This document shows positions 9,736-19,377 of a stretch of DNA of 64,000 nucleotides, piece after piece. The translations under genes and the position numbers were made by a program. Positions within the stretch are counted from its first letter, which is position 1. Every line of letters begins with the position of its first letter. The DNA comes from Thermodesulfobacteriota bacterium (GTDB lineage Bacteria; Desulfobacterota; Desulfobulbia; Desulfobulbales; SURF-16): NCBI GenBank assembly GCA_039715015.1, contig JBDLIE010000001.1, positions 78,719 through 142,718 of the forward strand. The letters run 5' to 3'. Below the pieces are notes generated by a model. That model was not told the origin of the DNA. It did not search any database and worked only from the letters and a program-made list of their open reading frames with translations.

Positions 9736-9905
9736 GGATTGTTTTTATATTCGTAGCAAATTCGTTTTATTCTAATATGCTTGTGAAAGAGCGGTCAAGG
9801 AAAGGAAGAACAAGGAGGAGCAATAAAAAGGCTTTGCCTTGCCACCTCTTTACGGTAAAGAAACCCTGAAACTCTTTCCCACCAAAATAAATTGAAGAAA
9901 AGATA

Positions 9906-11552
9906 ATGGCTGATAAAAAATATGGCATAGGAATCGACACCGGAGGAACTTTCACCGATGGCGTTTTAATCGATCTTGCCGATAATTCCGTCCTGGCAAC
10001 AGCAAAGAGTCCCACCACCCATTTTGAATTAAGCCAAGGCATCTCCATATGTCTGCGTGATATTCTGGTTGCCAGCAAGGTTAAGCCGCAGGATGTTGAT
10101 CTTGTAGCGGTTTCCACCACTCTGGCCACCAATGCCGTTGTGGAGAACAAGGGCGATAACGTTGGCCTCATAGTTGCTGGTTTTGCCAAGCATTTCAGCC
10201 TGCCGGTGGTCTCCACCCTCTATGTTGACGGTGGCCATAATCTCCAGGGCGAGGAGGAAACCCCCCTTGACATGGAGGCGGTTATTCAGGCGGTCAGTGA
10301 CCTGAAGGATCATGTCGACGCCTATGTGGTGTGCGCGGCCATGAGTATCAAGAACCCGGCCCATGAGCAGGTGATGGCCAAGGCCGTGAGTATGATTGAT
10401 CCCCAGCCTGTTTTTATGTCCCATCAGGTCTCCCAGCGTCCAGGCGTCAAGGAAAGGGCGGCCACGGCGGTGTTAAATGCCCGCCTGCGCCCGGTGATGG
10501 AGGATTTTCTTATGGGCATGCAGGATTCCCTGGTGGCTTTGACCCTGGCCCATAATGTTATGATCATCCGCGGCGACGCCACCCCCATGAATATTGTAGA
10601 TACGCCACGTCAGGCCGCTTCCACCGTGGCCTCGGGGCCGGCGGCCACGGCATGGTATGGCCTGAGCTTTGCCCCGGATGATGACGCGGTGATTGTTGAC
10701 GTGGGTGGTACTACCACAGATATCACCATGGTTCGCGGCAGAAAACCAAGCATCACCGAGGATGGGAGTCTTATTGGCGAGTGGCAAACCCATGTTGACT
10801 CAGTGAAGATGTCCACTGTGGGGGCAGGCGGCGACAGCCATGCCGCCCTGGATGCCCGGGGTGAGTTAACCGTGGGGCCGGATCGTGTATTGCCTCTGGC
10901 CATGGCAACAGATATTGCTTCTCCCAAAGAGTGGCTCGGCAAAGGGCTCAAATCCCGTCTTGTTGCTGTTTCTCCGGATCTCACCGAAGAAGAGGCCAGT
11001 CATGATCTGGTGTTGGAGCATCTTTACAGGCATGGCCCAGCCACCCCCGGCATGTTGACCAGCCATTTCAAAATGGCTGAGATTACCCTGGTCAGTCACC
11101 TGCGGGACCTGGTCAAGATGCAGCTTGCCTTTGAAACGGGTTTCACCCCCACCGATGCCCTCCATATCTTGGGTGAGCTTGACCTTGGCAACAGGGACAT
11201 GGCAAGGCAGGGGGCCGAAATCCTGGCGGATGAGTGCGGTATGGGCGTTGACGAGTTTGCCAGAGAGGTCCTTGCCCGCCTTGGTGAAAAGATTGAGGTC
11301 GCTATTCTTGATCATATCCTCGCTGAAGAGACAGGAAAGACCTTGTCCGGCTTCTATCCCAGTTACCTGAAGAGCCCGGTGCTTGATCTCCGTTTTCAGG
11401 TCAAGCTGAGCCTTGTTGGCATTGGCGCCGCTGCCCGCTTTATTCTGCCCCAGGTTGCCGAGCGTCTCGGCACAAAGGTGGTTTTCCCGGATCATTTTGA
11501 GGTGGGCAACGCCTTGGGCGCCATTCTCATGGCCAGTGACAGCAGGGCGTAA
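9906..11552 (+). CDS. Hydantoinase/oxoprolinase family protein
   Basis: IGIDTGGTFTD, STTLATNA, SGPAA, DVGGTTTD, GAGGDS, TPTDAL. Confidence 0.9.
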   Translation: MADKKYGIGIDTGGTFTDGVLIDLADNSVLATAKSPTTHFELSQGISICLRDILVASKVKPQDVDLVAVSTTLATNAVVENKGDNVGLIVAGFAKHFSLPVVSTLYVDGGHNLQGEEETPLDMEAVIQAVSDLKDHVDAYVVCAAMSIKNPAHEQVMAKAVSMIDPQPVFMSHQVSQRPGVKERAATAVLNARLRPVMEDFLMGMQDSLVALTLAHNVMIIRGDATPMNIVDTPRQAASTVASGPAATAWYGLSFAPDDDAVIVDVGGTTTDITMVRGRKPSITEDGSLIGEWQTHVDSVKMSTVGAGGDSHAALDARGELTVGPDRVLPLAMATDIASPKEWLGKGLKSRLVAVSPDLTEEEASHDLVLEHLYRHGPATPGMLTSHFKMAEITLVSHLRDLVKMQLAFETGFTPTDALHILGELDLGNRDMARQGAEILADECGMGVDEFAREVLARLGEKIEVAILDHILAEETGKTLSGFYPSYLKSPVLDLRFQVKLSLVGIGAAARFILPQVAERLGTKVVFPDHFEVGNALGAILMASDSRA

Positions 11553-11555
11553 GAG

Positions 11556-11744
11556 GTGAGACCTGAATCTGAACGTCATGACGATTCTGTCCCCGCCTTG
11601 GCAGAGTTAAAGCTCAAAATTCATCCAGACCTCTATCGGGCCTTTCAGAGATGCACCTGGATTCTTGTCCATGAGACTGGTCGTACTCAGATTGATGTCA
11701 TGGATGAAATGGTTGAAGATTTTCTGCGCAAGCACGGTTGTTAA
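11556..11744 (+). CDS. Small hypothetical protein, possibly ribbon-helix-helix
   Basis: 62 aa, 3 nt after the hydantoinase stop; strand-helix-helix pattern LKLKIHPDLYRAF...QIDVMDEMVEDFL. Confidence 0.55.
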   Translation: MRPESERHDDSVPALAELKLKIHPDLYRAFQRCTWILVHETGRTQIDVMDEMVEDFLRKHGC

Positions 11745-11753
11745 AGAAGTAAA

Positions 11754-11844
11754 AAGTTGAGAAATAAGAATTTGAGAAGGTGGTGTTTTTCTTGATGAAG
11801 AGCCCTGTCTCCTCCTTATTTCATAAATTCTTATTCCTCAACTT
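11754..11844. repeat. Dispersed palindromic repeat, copy 2
   Basis: AAGTTGAGAAATAAGAATTT pairs with AAATTCTTATTCCTCAACTT; core is 18/19 identical to copy 1 at 7763. Confidence 0.7.
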
Positions 11845-11881
11845 CATCACCCCTCCCCTCTCCATTCTCAAAAAAAAATTA

Positions 11882-11905
11882 TCAGATTGTCATTCCTGCC
11901 GATGG
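11882..11905 (+). promoter_or_regulatory. Possible sigma28 (FliA) promoter
   Basis: TCAGA-N11-GCCGATGG upstream of the 11941 gene; -10 good, -35 weak. Confidence 0.3.
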
Positions 11906-11940
11906 GGAAAGTATCGGGGAATTATTTTTGAGGTGGTGTC

Positions 11941-13007
11941 ATGAAAATAGAAGCAAGTTTTGTCCGGCAGGAATCCCAACATCTGTATCGCCAGGAAAGC
12001 GTTAAAAAGGAGTCTTTATTCGCCTGGGTTGGCGATGAACGTCCTGATCCTGAAGGTCAGCGGGCCCGTCGTGCTGATGGGCTAACTATTTCAGCGGCGT
12101 CTCGCAAGCTGGCCGGTCAGGGAAAAGGACTTGCCTTGGCCAAGATGAAAGATGCTGAGGGCTGTCAGAAATGTGAAAGTGCCGAAAGTGGTGATCCTAA
12201 ATTAGAGGCCATGCGCCTTGTCGTAGAGGCGATTACCGGTCGGAAAATTGTTATCCGGAAGGTTCGGCTGGATGTAGGGGTTGAGGTCAATGTGGCGGAG
12301 GCAGATGCAGCCCAGCAAAACAAAGGAGCTGAAAGGGAAGGCTGGGGCCTTGAGTATGATTATTTCAGGGTTATTCTGAAGAGGAAAGCCTGAGCTATGC
12401 CGCCTCAGGAGTAATCGTCACCGCGGATGGCCAGGAGATTTCTTTTTCTCTCGATATGGCCATGTCCCGCTCTTTTTACGAATCCACAGAAATCCATATC
12501 CGCGCAGGGGATGCCAGGCTGGTTGATCCCCTGGTGATTAACTTTGCTGGCAAGGCGGCTGAGCTTGCCGATGCCACCTTCACCTTTGATCTTGAAGGAG
12601 ACGGCCAGGAGGAAGAGCTGCATACCCTTGCTGCGGGCAGTGCTTTTTTGGCGCTGGACCGGAATGGCGACGGGGTAATTAATGGTGGTAAAGAGCTCTT
12701 TGGGCCCCAGTCAGGCCATGGGTTCTCGGAGCTGGCCGCCTACGACGAGGATAAAAACGGCTGGATTGATGAGAATGACGCAGTTTTTAAAGAGCTTGTG
12801 GCCTGGATTAAGGATCAGGATGGCAATGATAAGCTGGCGCCGGTGATGGATCTTGGTATCGGCGCCCTCTATCTTGCTGGTTTGGAAGGAGAGTTTTCCC
12901 TCACCGATGCCAATAACGAAATGATGGGCCAAATTCGCGAGACCTCAGTTTTTGTCAAAGAAGACGGTGGGGTGGGGACCATCCAGGAGCTTGATCTTGT
13001 CGTCTAG
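11941..13007 (+). pseudogene. EF-hand/VCBS-like Ca-binding protein split by a 1-nt deletion (or sequencing error)
   Basis: ORFs 11941-12393 and 12456-13007 join if one T is added in TATTTCAG at 12361-12368, giving YDYFQGYSEEESLSYAASGVIVTADGQEISFSLDMAMS. C-terminal half has DPLVINF, DRNGDGVINGGKELFG, YDEDKNGWID. Confidence 0.8.
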
Positions 13008-13035
13008 CTTGTCACTACCTCTTCTAGAAAAATGA

Positions 13036-13071
13036 TGCCCCAGTCTTCTGCAGGCCGGGGTAGTTTTTTTT
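13036..13071 (+). terminator. Rho-independent terminator
   Basis: TGCCCC...GGGGTA imperfect stem followed by T8. Confidence 0.6.
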
Positions 13072-13153
13072 GTTCTGCTCTTTACGGCAACTTTCGCTAG
13101 AATTAACTTGGTGATTAGGTCGAGAAACCTGAAAAATATTTGGCGGAGAGGTT

Positions 13154-13720
13154 ATGACGAGACTTGTGACGAATATGCTTGTGTTGGCAGCCGTGCTTGC
13201 CTGTGGTGGAGGCTGCGCCCGGCACGTTATGGTGGATTATGATAAATCCATCAATTTTGCCAGCTACCATCGCTATGCCATTCAAGCAAAGGCGGCAGAG
13301 TCCAGTAAAGATCCTCGCCTAGACAGTCACCTTATCGATAAACGCATCACTTTGGCCCTTGAAAGAGAGCTGGCCGGGAAAGGATTTGCTCTTAGTCAGG
13401 ATGGCCATGATTTTCAGGTCAGCTACCAGCTCAACCTCAACCAGGAAATCGCTGCGGATCAAAACGGGGTGAGTATGGTTTTCGGAACAGGGGGAAGAAG
13501 AAGCAGCTTCGGGCTCGGCTATCACTTCCCAAGCGGGGATGTGGAATCGTACGAAAAAGTTTTGCTCACCATCGATATGATGGCGGCCGAGACAGGCCAC
13601 CTTGTCTGGCGCGGCACTGGAACCAAGAGGTTTATGAGTGAAGCGAACCCCGGCCAGCTTGATTCCTTTTTTAACGGTCTGGTCCGCAAGGTGTTACGCT
13701 CCTTCCCTCCCACCAAATAA
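13154..13720 (+). CDS. DUF4136-like lipoprotein
   Basis: Signal peptide with Cys (LACGGGC), VDYDKSINF..Y, ELAGKGF, LTIDM...LVWRG. Confidence 0.8.
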   Translation: MTRLVTNMLVLAAVLACGGGCARHVMVDYDKSINFASYHRYAIQAKAAESSKDPRLDSHLIDKRITLALERELAGKGFALSQDGHDFQVSYQLNLNQEIAADQNGVSMVFGTGGRRSSFGLGYHFPSGDVESYEKVLLTIDMMAAETGHLVWRGTGTKRFMSEANPGQLDSFFNGLVRKVLRSFPPTK

Positions 13721-13758
13721 ACGAACTCTAAAATCTATAAAATAAATTGCGATCGCTT

Positions 13759-15528
13759 CTATAGTAAGAAGAGCAGGAGCAAAAAGGCTATGGTGAAGAT
13801 GGCCGTAGAGGCCACCGAAAAATTGCCCAGCCTGAATTTGACAAGAACCTTTTCCTCGCTTTCAGCCAGCTGTTGTTCTGTCATGCCATGCAGTTTGCAG
13901 AAAGGTCTGCTGGCGGCCAGGACGAGGCGGGCCGGACCGTCTTTGCAAAAATGGGCCAGCCAAGTGGTAAAGTCTTGGGCAATGAGGCGATTGGTCAGTC
14001 TGTTAATTCCATTGAGGCTGAGATCAAAGGCCTGATAAATCAAACGACCGCCTTTGCGGTAGGTCCAATCAAAGTCGAGGTTCACCGAACGCATCTCTGC
14101 CGGATAGATACCGGCAAGCAGCAGCAGGGTAAAGGCCATGGCCGAGAAGAACAGGAGCTGGGTCTGACCCATGACATGGTCATAGGTATAGGGCTGGTAG
14201 GCCACATCGTAGGGCAGCAAGTCATAGAGAAACTTCGGAAAGCTACCGATAAAGATACAACCAAAGGCGGCCAGGCCCATGGCCAGCAGCATGTTGAGCG
14301 GCGCCTCTTTGACACGGTGGCCTGCATCGTGACCGTAGAAGGTGAAAAAAGGTATTTTGATACCGGCATGATGGAAAACACCGGCTGCGGCAAAGAGCAG
14401 AGTGAACCACACCAGCCAAAGATGCTCGTGGGCCGCCGCCGACATCACCAGCGACTTGGAGACAAAGCCGGAAAAGAGCGGGAAGGCCGAAATAGAGGCC
14501 GCCCCGACAATACAAAACAAGCAGGTCCACGGCATGCTTTTGTAAAGACCGCCCAGATCTGTGGCGTTAACCTTGCCGGTCCGGTACATCACAGCACCCA
14601 CGGACATGAAGAGCAGGCCTTTAAAGAGGATGTCGTTAAAGGCATGGGCCACAGCTCCGTTTACGGCTAATTCGGTGCCGATACCAATTCCCACCACCAT
14701 AAAACCAACCTGGTTGATGAGACTATAGGCCAGTACCCGGCGCAGGTCGTTTTCAATAACGGCAAAGAAAATCGGAAAGGCGGCCATGGCCGTGCCAATC
14801 CAGATAAGAGCAGGTTCGCCTTCAAAGGCGCGGGCCAGAACGTAGACAGCTGTTTTGGTGGTAAAGGCGGACAGAAAAACAGCTCCGCCGATGGTGGCCT
14901 CCGGATAGGCATCAACAAGCCAGGTGTGGAGTAAAGGCCAGGCACAGTTAACTCCAAAGCCCAGAAAAATGAGGATGGTGCCCATGCTGCTTAAGCCAAG
15001 ATGGCCAAAATCAAAAGAGCCGACTGTCTGACCGTGGATGACAATACCAGCTAGGAGCAGCAGGCCGCCCACGGCATGGACCAGAGTATAGCGGAAGGCT
15101 GCAGCTGTGGCAGCCTTTGTCTTCCGTGCCAGGATGAGGAACATGGAACTCACGGTCAGCCCTTCCCAGAAGAAAAAGAGCGAAATCAGATCACCGGCAA
15201 AGATCACGCCGAGAGCACAGCCGGAATAGATAAAGCCTGCTACATACTCCACATCGTTCTTGAAGTTGAGAACAAAAAGGATGGTTATAAAGGCAATGAT
15301 GTGAAAGATGATACCAAACAGCCTCGATAGCCTGTCTACCTCAAGCAGGTCAAGTTGATATCCAGCAAATTGCAAGGAGCAGAGACTGCCCTCCGGCAGG
15401 CCCAATACGTTCCACAGTCCTAAAAGAGGCAGGGCCAGGATGTAAGCGCTCTTAAAGCGGCCAGGCAGAAAGGGGATGAGCAGGGCACCGGCAATAAAGA
15501 TGAGAGCTGGGATAAGTGCGTTACTCAT
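13759..15528 (-). CDS. Mrp/Mnh Na+/H+ antiporter MrpD/MrpA-like subunit
   Basis: FFWE, HTWLVDAYPEA, FTTKT, LAYS..NQVG, LFKGLLF; start overlaps the upstream stop. Confidence 0.9.
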   Translation of the reverse strand: MSNALIPALIFIAGALLIPFLPGRFKSAYILALPLLGLWNVLGLPEGSLCSLQFAGYQLDLLEVDRLSRLFGIIFHIIAFITILFVLNFKNDVEYVAGFIYSGCALGVIFAGDLISLFFFWEGLTVSSMFLILARKTKAATAAAFRYTLVHAVGGLLLLAGIVIHGQTVGSFDFGHLGLSSMGTILIFLGFGVNCAWPLLHTWLVDAYPEATIGGAVFLSAFTTKTAVYVLARAFEGEPALIWIGTAMAAFPIFFAVIENDLRRVLAYSLINQVGFMVVGIGIGTELAVNGAVAHAFNDILFKGLLFMSVGAVMYRTGKVNATDLGGLYKSMPWTCLFCIVGAASISAFPLFSGFVSKSLVMSAAAHEHLWLVWFTLLFAAAGVFHHAGIKIPFFTFYGHDAGHRVKEAPLNMLLAMGLAAFGCIFIGSFPKFLYDLLPYDVAYQPYTYDHVMGQTQLLFFSAMAFTLLLLAGIYPAEMRSVNLDFDWTYRKGGRLIYQAFDLSLNGINRLTNRLIAQDFTTWLAHFCKDGPARLVLAASRPFCKLHGMTEQQLAESEEKVLVKFRLGNFSVASTAIFTIAFLLLLFLL

Positions 15529-15769
15529 AATAATCCTCATCCCGTTTGACCCGGGGCCGTAAGACGTATTTGGAGACCAGTACCAAAATGACACAGGCCA
15601 CGAAACCGTAGATGGCATAAAAACCGGGCCACTCCTCCCAAGGCATGTGGGCAGGCCGTTTTATCACCAGGTCAACGGCAAAGAGCAGCACACAGCAGAT
15701 GAAGAACACCTTGAGCAGTTTTTTGACGTTATCGATGTTATCCCAAAGATGTTTTTTTTCGTTAGCCAT
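15521..15769 (-). CDS. Small membrane protein within the mrp operon
   Basis: MANEKKHLWD..., two TM segments, WPGFYAIYGF, ends KRDEDYYE; overlaps both neighbours. Confidence 0.8.
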   Translation of the reverse strand: MANEKKHLWDNIDNVKKLLKVFFICCVLLFAVDLVIKRPAHMPWEEWPGFYAIYGFVACVILVLVSKYVLRPRVKRDEDYYE

Positions 15770-15974
15770 GGTGATCGCTCTCCTTACTCTGGCTCTCCTC
15801 GTGATGGGCTGGGGGAGAGTCATGGCTGCTGGCCCCAGAGTCTACTTTGCCAAAGGATAAAAAGAGCAGTAGCCCCAGATAAACACAGGCCAGGCTGAAG
15901 ATGATCCAAAAGGCCTTGGCAAAGCCGGGCCACGCCTCGTGGGCCAGTACCATTATTTCTTCATGTTCCTTCAT
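15762..15974 (-). CDS. Small single-TM protein with His/acidic tail within the mrp operon
   Basis: HEAWPGFAKAFWII, tail SHDSPPAHHEE...DHHG; AGGGG RBS. Confidence 0.7.
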   Translation of the reverse strand: MKEHEEIMVLAHEAWPGFAKAFWIIFSLACVYLGLLLFLSFGKVDSGASSHDSPPAHHEESQSKESDHHG

Positions 15975-15987
15975 CTAGGCCCCCTTG

Positions 15988-17466
15988 TTACGCAGCCAGA
16001 AAAACGTTAACGAAACCCAGGAAAATTCCAGGCCAGAAAAATAAAATCATAGATGCCACGGCCGTGATAACCGGAGGCAGCATGGCACAGGGAGGCGCTT
16101 CCTTCATTGGTCCCTGGAACAGAGCCTCTTCCTCTGTGCAGAAAAATGCCTTGTAAACGATGGGCAGAAAATAAGCGGCATTGAGCAGCGAGCTTATCAG
16201 GTAGACCGCCAGTACCCAGAGCAGATCAGCCTGCAGAGCGCCCTGGACCATGAAAAGTTTGCTTATAAGACCGCCGGCCGGCGGCAGGCCGATGACGCTC
16301 AGCGAGCCGATAAAAAAAGCGGCCATGGTAAGGGGCATGCGACGGCCAATACCAACCATTTCACTGATATACTTTTTGCCGGTGGCCACGAAGATAGCGC
16401 CGGCGCAGAAAAACAGGGTGATTTTGCCAAAGGCGTGCATGGCGATATGCAGCATGCCGCCTTGAGCACCAAGCTTTGAGGCCAGACCGACGCCCAGGAC
16501 AATATAAGAAAGCTGGCCAATGGTGGAAAAGGCCAACCGTCTTTTCAGGTTGTCCTGGGATAGGGCGATGAGCGATGAAATCAGGACGGTGATACTGGCA
16601 ATAATGCAGACAATGGTATTGAGTTGCAGGTCGGCCATGAGGTCCAGGCCGAAAATACCGGTGAACACCCGGACGATGGAAAAGACACCCACCTTGACAA
16701 CTGCCACGGCATGGAGCAGGGCGGAAACCGGAGTAGGAGCCACCATGGCACCGGGCAGCCAGGAGTGAAAGGGCATAATGCCGGATTTTGCAAAGCCAAA
16801 GACAAAGAGCAAAAGCAGGCAGGTAAGCAGGGTCGGCGAGGTGTCGGCGGCAAAGACGCCAACGTTGCTGAACTCCAGGGAGCCGGTGGTCACATAGGTG
16901 ATGATCATGGCCGGCAGGGCAAAACCGATGGAGGTGGAAAGCAGGTAGGTCAGGTATTTACGGCCGCCACCCCGGGCCTCCTTGTCCTGGTGATGGGTGA
17001 CCAGGGGAAATGTGGAGAGCGACAGCATCTCGTAAAAGAGGTACAGGGTAAAGAGGTTGCCGGCAAAGGCCACGCCCATGGTGGCGGACAGGGCCAGGGC
17101 AAAAAAACAGAAATAGCGGGTTTGGGCATGCTCCTCCAGAGCGCGCATATAGCCAATGGAGTAAATGGAAGTGACGATCCATAGCGATGAGGCCACCAAG
17201 GCAAAGAGCATCCCAAAACCATCGACCTTAAAGCGAATGGCCAGGCCGGGCAGTACCTGCCAGATGTCGTAGGTATGGGTGTTGCCGGCCAGGATCCACT
17301 TGGCCATGGACAGCACGAGCAGCAGCTTGATGGTGCCGGCCGCGAAGGTCCAGAATTCACGCAGGTTTGGCCTTGAACCGCTTATGGCAATGAGCGGTAC
17401 GGCAAGCAGGCTGGCAAGTACGGCCAGGGCCGGTGTTGAGGCTATAAAAGGAGCGGTTTGCATCAT
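15988..17466 (-). CDS. mrpD: Mrp antiporter subunit D family
   Basis: LFYEML, HSWLPGAMVAPTPVSALLHAVAVVK, RRLAFST, HAFGKITLF. Confidence 0.9.
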   Translation of the reverse strand: MMQTAPFIASTPALAVLASLLAVPLIAISGSRPNLREFWTFAAGTIKLLLVLSMAKWILAGNTHTYDIWQVLPGLAIRFKVDGFGMLFALVASSLWIVTSIYSIGYMRALEEHAQTRYFCFFALALSATMGVAFAGNLFTLYLFYEMLSLSTFPLVTHHQDKEARGGGRKYLTYLLSTSIGFALPAMIITYVTTGSLEFSNVGVFAADTSPTLLTCLLLLFVFGFAKSGIMPFHSWLPGAMVAPTPVSALLHAVAVVKVGVFSIVRVFTGIFGLDLMADLQLNTIVCIIASITVLISSLIALSQDNLKRRLAFSTIGQLSYIVLGVGLASKLGAQGGMLHIAMHAFGKITLFFCAGAIFVATGKKYISEMVGIGRRMPLTMAAFFIGSLSVIGLPPAGGLISKLFMVQGALQADLLWVLAVYLISSLLNAAYFLPIVYKAFFCTEEEALFQGPMKEAPPCAMLPPVITAVASMILFFWPGIFLGFVNVFLAA

Positions 17467-17469
17467 AAT

Positions 17470-18978
17470 CTATAATCCCGCCGGAATTGTATACTTGATA
17501 AGCCCGGAGACGATCTGGTTGGTATACAGACCCACCACAATCAGCATGGCAGCGGTAACAACCATGGGCAGCAGCATGGAGAGCGGTGCCTCCTTGACCT
17601 TGATCCTGCGATGGTGTTTAGGTTTGCCGTCGGCATCAAACTCGTCATAATAGCCGATCTCGATAAGTCTGAAAAAGAGTACGGCGTTAACCAGGCTGGA
17701 GATCAGCAAAGCAACGACAAAGCCATACTGACCTGCCATAACGCCGCCCTTGATAAGGTACCATTTGGAGAAAAATCCGCAGGTGGGCGGGATGCCGATC
17801 ATGGCAAAGGCGCCGACCAGAAAGACCACTGCCGTAATGGGCATCTTGCGGAAGATGCCACGCATGGCCTCAAGTTTGTCGCTTCCTGTTTTAAAGGAGA
17901 TGGCACCAACAACCATAAACAGGCAGGCGGTCATCAGGCCGTCACTGAGGATATGATATGTCGCACCGGTGAGACCGGCTGCGTTGCCGAGCCAAGCACC
18001 GCCCACCATATAGCCCACCTCGGCGATGATGATGTAGGTCAGCATCCGTTTCATGCTGGTCTGGGCCAAAGCGCCGAAGGAGCCGGCCAGTATGGCGATG
18101 CAGGCCAGCCATACCACAACCTTGCTCCAGCCCAGGGTGGTGTGGATAAAGGCCACGGAAAAGACGCCGAACATTACCCGGATCATAATATAGACGCTGA
18201 CCTTGGTCATCAAAGGCGCCACCAAACAACTGGTGGTGGTGGAGGCCCGGGTGTAGGCGTTAGGCAGCCAGCCATGCAGCGGGAAGAAGGCCATCTTGAT
18301 CCACAGACCGACCATGATCAGGATAAAGGCCACCCGGATACTCTCGGATGTGAGCAGCTCGGGCCGGGCCAGAAAATCGACCATTTCCGCCATGTTCAAT
18401 GTGCCGGTCTTAATATAGAGGTAGCCGACGCCAAGCAGATATAAGCATGCGCCAATGGTGCCCATGATCACGTACTTGAAGGTGGCGTAATAGGCAAGGC
18501 CGCGACCACGGGCTAGAAGGGCATAGCTCGACAGGGCCGAAATCTCCATCAAGACATAGAGATTAAAGGCGTCACCCGTGGCGGTGATGCCGAGCAGACC
18601 GGCCACCAACAGGGCAAAGAGCGTATAATAATGGTGGATTCGGTCGGCGATCTCCTGGCGCACCGTGTTTTTCGAGAAAATGGCGACCAGCAGCGCCACG
18701 CCAGAAACCATGGCCAAAACAAGAGAGTTGAGTGGATCAATAACCAGCTCAATGCCGTAGGGCGGCGCCCAGTCGCCGAGACGATAGCGTAAGGGCCCTT
18801 CAGCAGCGTGAAGTGCCACCTGCTTGAGGGTGGCCAGGGCAGAGTAAAAGGAGAGGCCAAGGCTACCGACAATAAGCAGGTAGGCCATCCTGCGGTGCAG
18901 GCCACCGATCAGGCTGATGATTAAGGCGCCAAACAGCGGGGCCAGAATGAGAAGTACTGCGTGTTGCTCCAGGCTCAT
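17470..18978 (-). CDS. mrpD: Mrp antiporter subunit D
   Basis: LGDWAPPYGIELVID, GDAFNLYVLME, FPLHGWLPNAY, GFFSKWYL. Confidence 0.92.
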   Translation of the reverse strand: MSLEQHAVLLILAPLFGALIISLIGGLHRRMAYLLIVGSLGLSFYSALATLKQVALHAAEGPLRYRLGDWAPPYGIELVIDPLNSLVLAMVSGVALLVAIFSKNTVRQEIADRIHHYYTLFALLVAGLLGITATGDAFNLYVLMEISALSSYALLARGRGLAYYATFKYVIMGTIGACLYLLGVGYLYIKTGTLNMAEMVDFLARPELLTSESIRVAFILIMVGLWIKMAFFPLHGWLPNAYTRASTTTSCLVAPLMTKVSVYIMIRVMFGVFSVAFIHTTLGWSKVVVWLACIAILAGSFGALAQTSMKRMLTYIIIAEVGYMVGGAWLGNAAGLTGATYHILSDGLMTACLFMVVGAISFKTGSDKLEAMRGIFRKMPITAVVFLVGAFAMIGIPPTCGFFSKWYLIKGGVMAGQYGFVVALLISSLVNAVLFFRLIEIGYYDEFDADGKPKHHRRIKVKEAPLSMLLPMVVTAAMLIVVGLYTNQIVSGLIKYTIPAGL

Positions 18979-19376
18979 TGGTCGATGGTCTCCAGGATTT
19001 CATCCTCTTCAATGGTTCCATGAACCCGGTAAATCTTCTGTAATATAGCAAGGGCCACACCCAGGGTGCTGACGCCGACAACAATGGCTGTAAGCATCAG
19101 AACGTGGGGCAGAGGGTTGGCGTAACTGGCCGCCTCGATGGCTTGATGGGCGCCGTGGTGAGCACCATGGCCGTGGTCCAGGATGGGGATGGTGGCACCA
19201 CGTTTGTCACCTATGGAGACATAAAAAAGGATGATGGCCGCCTGGAAGATCGACATGCCGATTACCTTCTTGAGCAGGTTATTTTTGGCAATCATGCCGT
19301 ACAGGCCGATGAGCAGCAGAATGATCGCAGCCCAGTAGTTGTAGCGGCTGATGATATAGGTAAGAACGTCTTCCAT
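18975..19376 (-). CDS. mrpC: Mrp antiporter subunit C
   Basis: NLLKKVIGMSIFQ, NPLPHVLMLTAIVV; start moved to MEDVLTY. His-rich loop DHGHGAHHGAH. Confidence 0.92.
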   Translation of the reverse strand: MEDVLTYIISRYNYWAAIILLLIGLYGMIAKNNLLKKVIGMSIFQAAIILFYVSIGDKRGATIPILDHGHGAHHGAHQAIEAASYANPLPHVLMLTAIVVGVSTLGVALAILQKIYRVHGTIEEDEILETIDQ

Positions 19377-19377
19377 T

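Noticed and set aside
12391..12393. TGA as selenocysteine readthrough
   Set aside because: The continuation is in another frame; a frameshift explains the split.
13141..13150. TGGCGGAGAG matching the tRNA-Ser(GCT) 3' end, as a possible att site
   Set aside because: Only 10 bp, doubles as the RBS of the lipoprotein gene, and the enclosed region is core genes.
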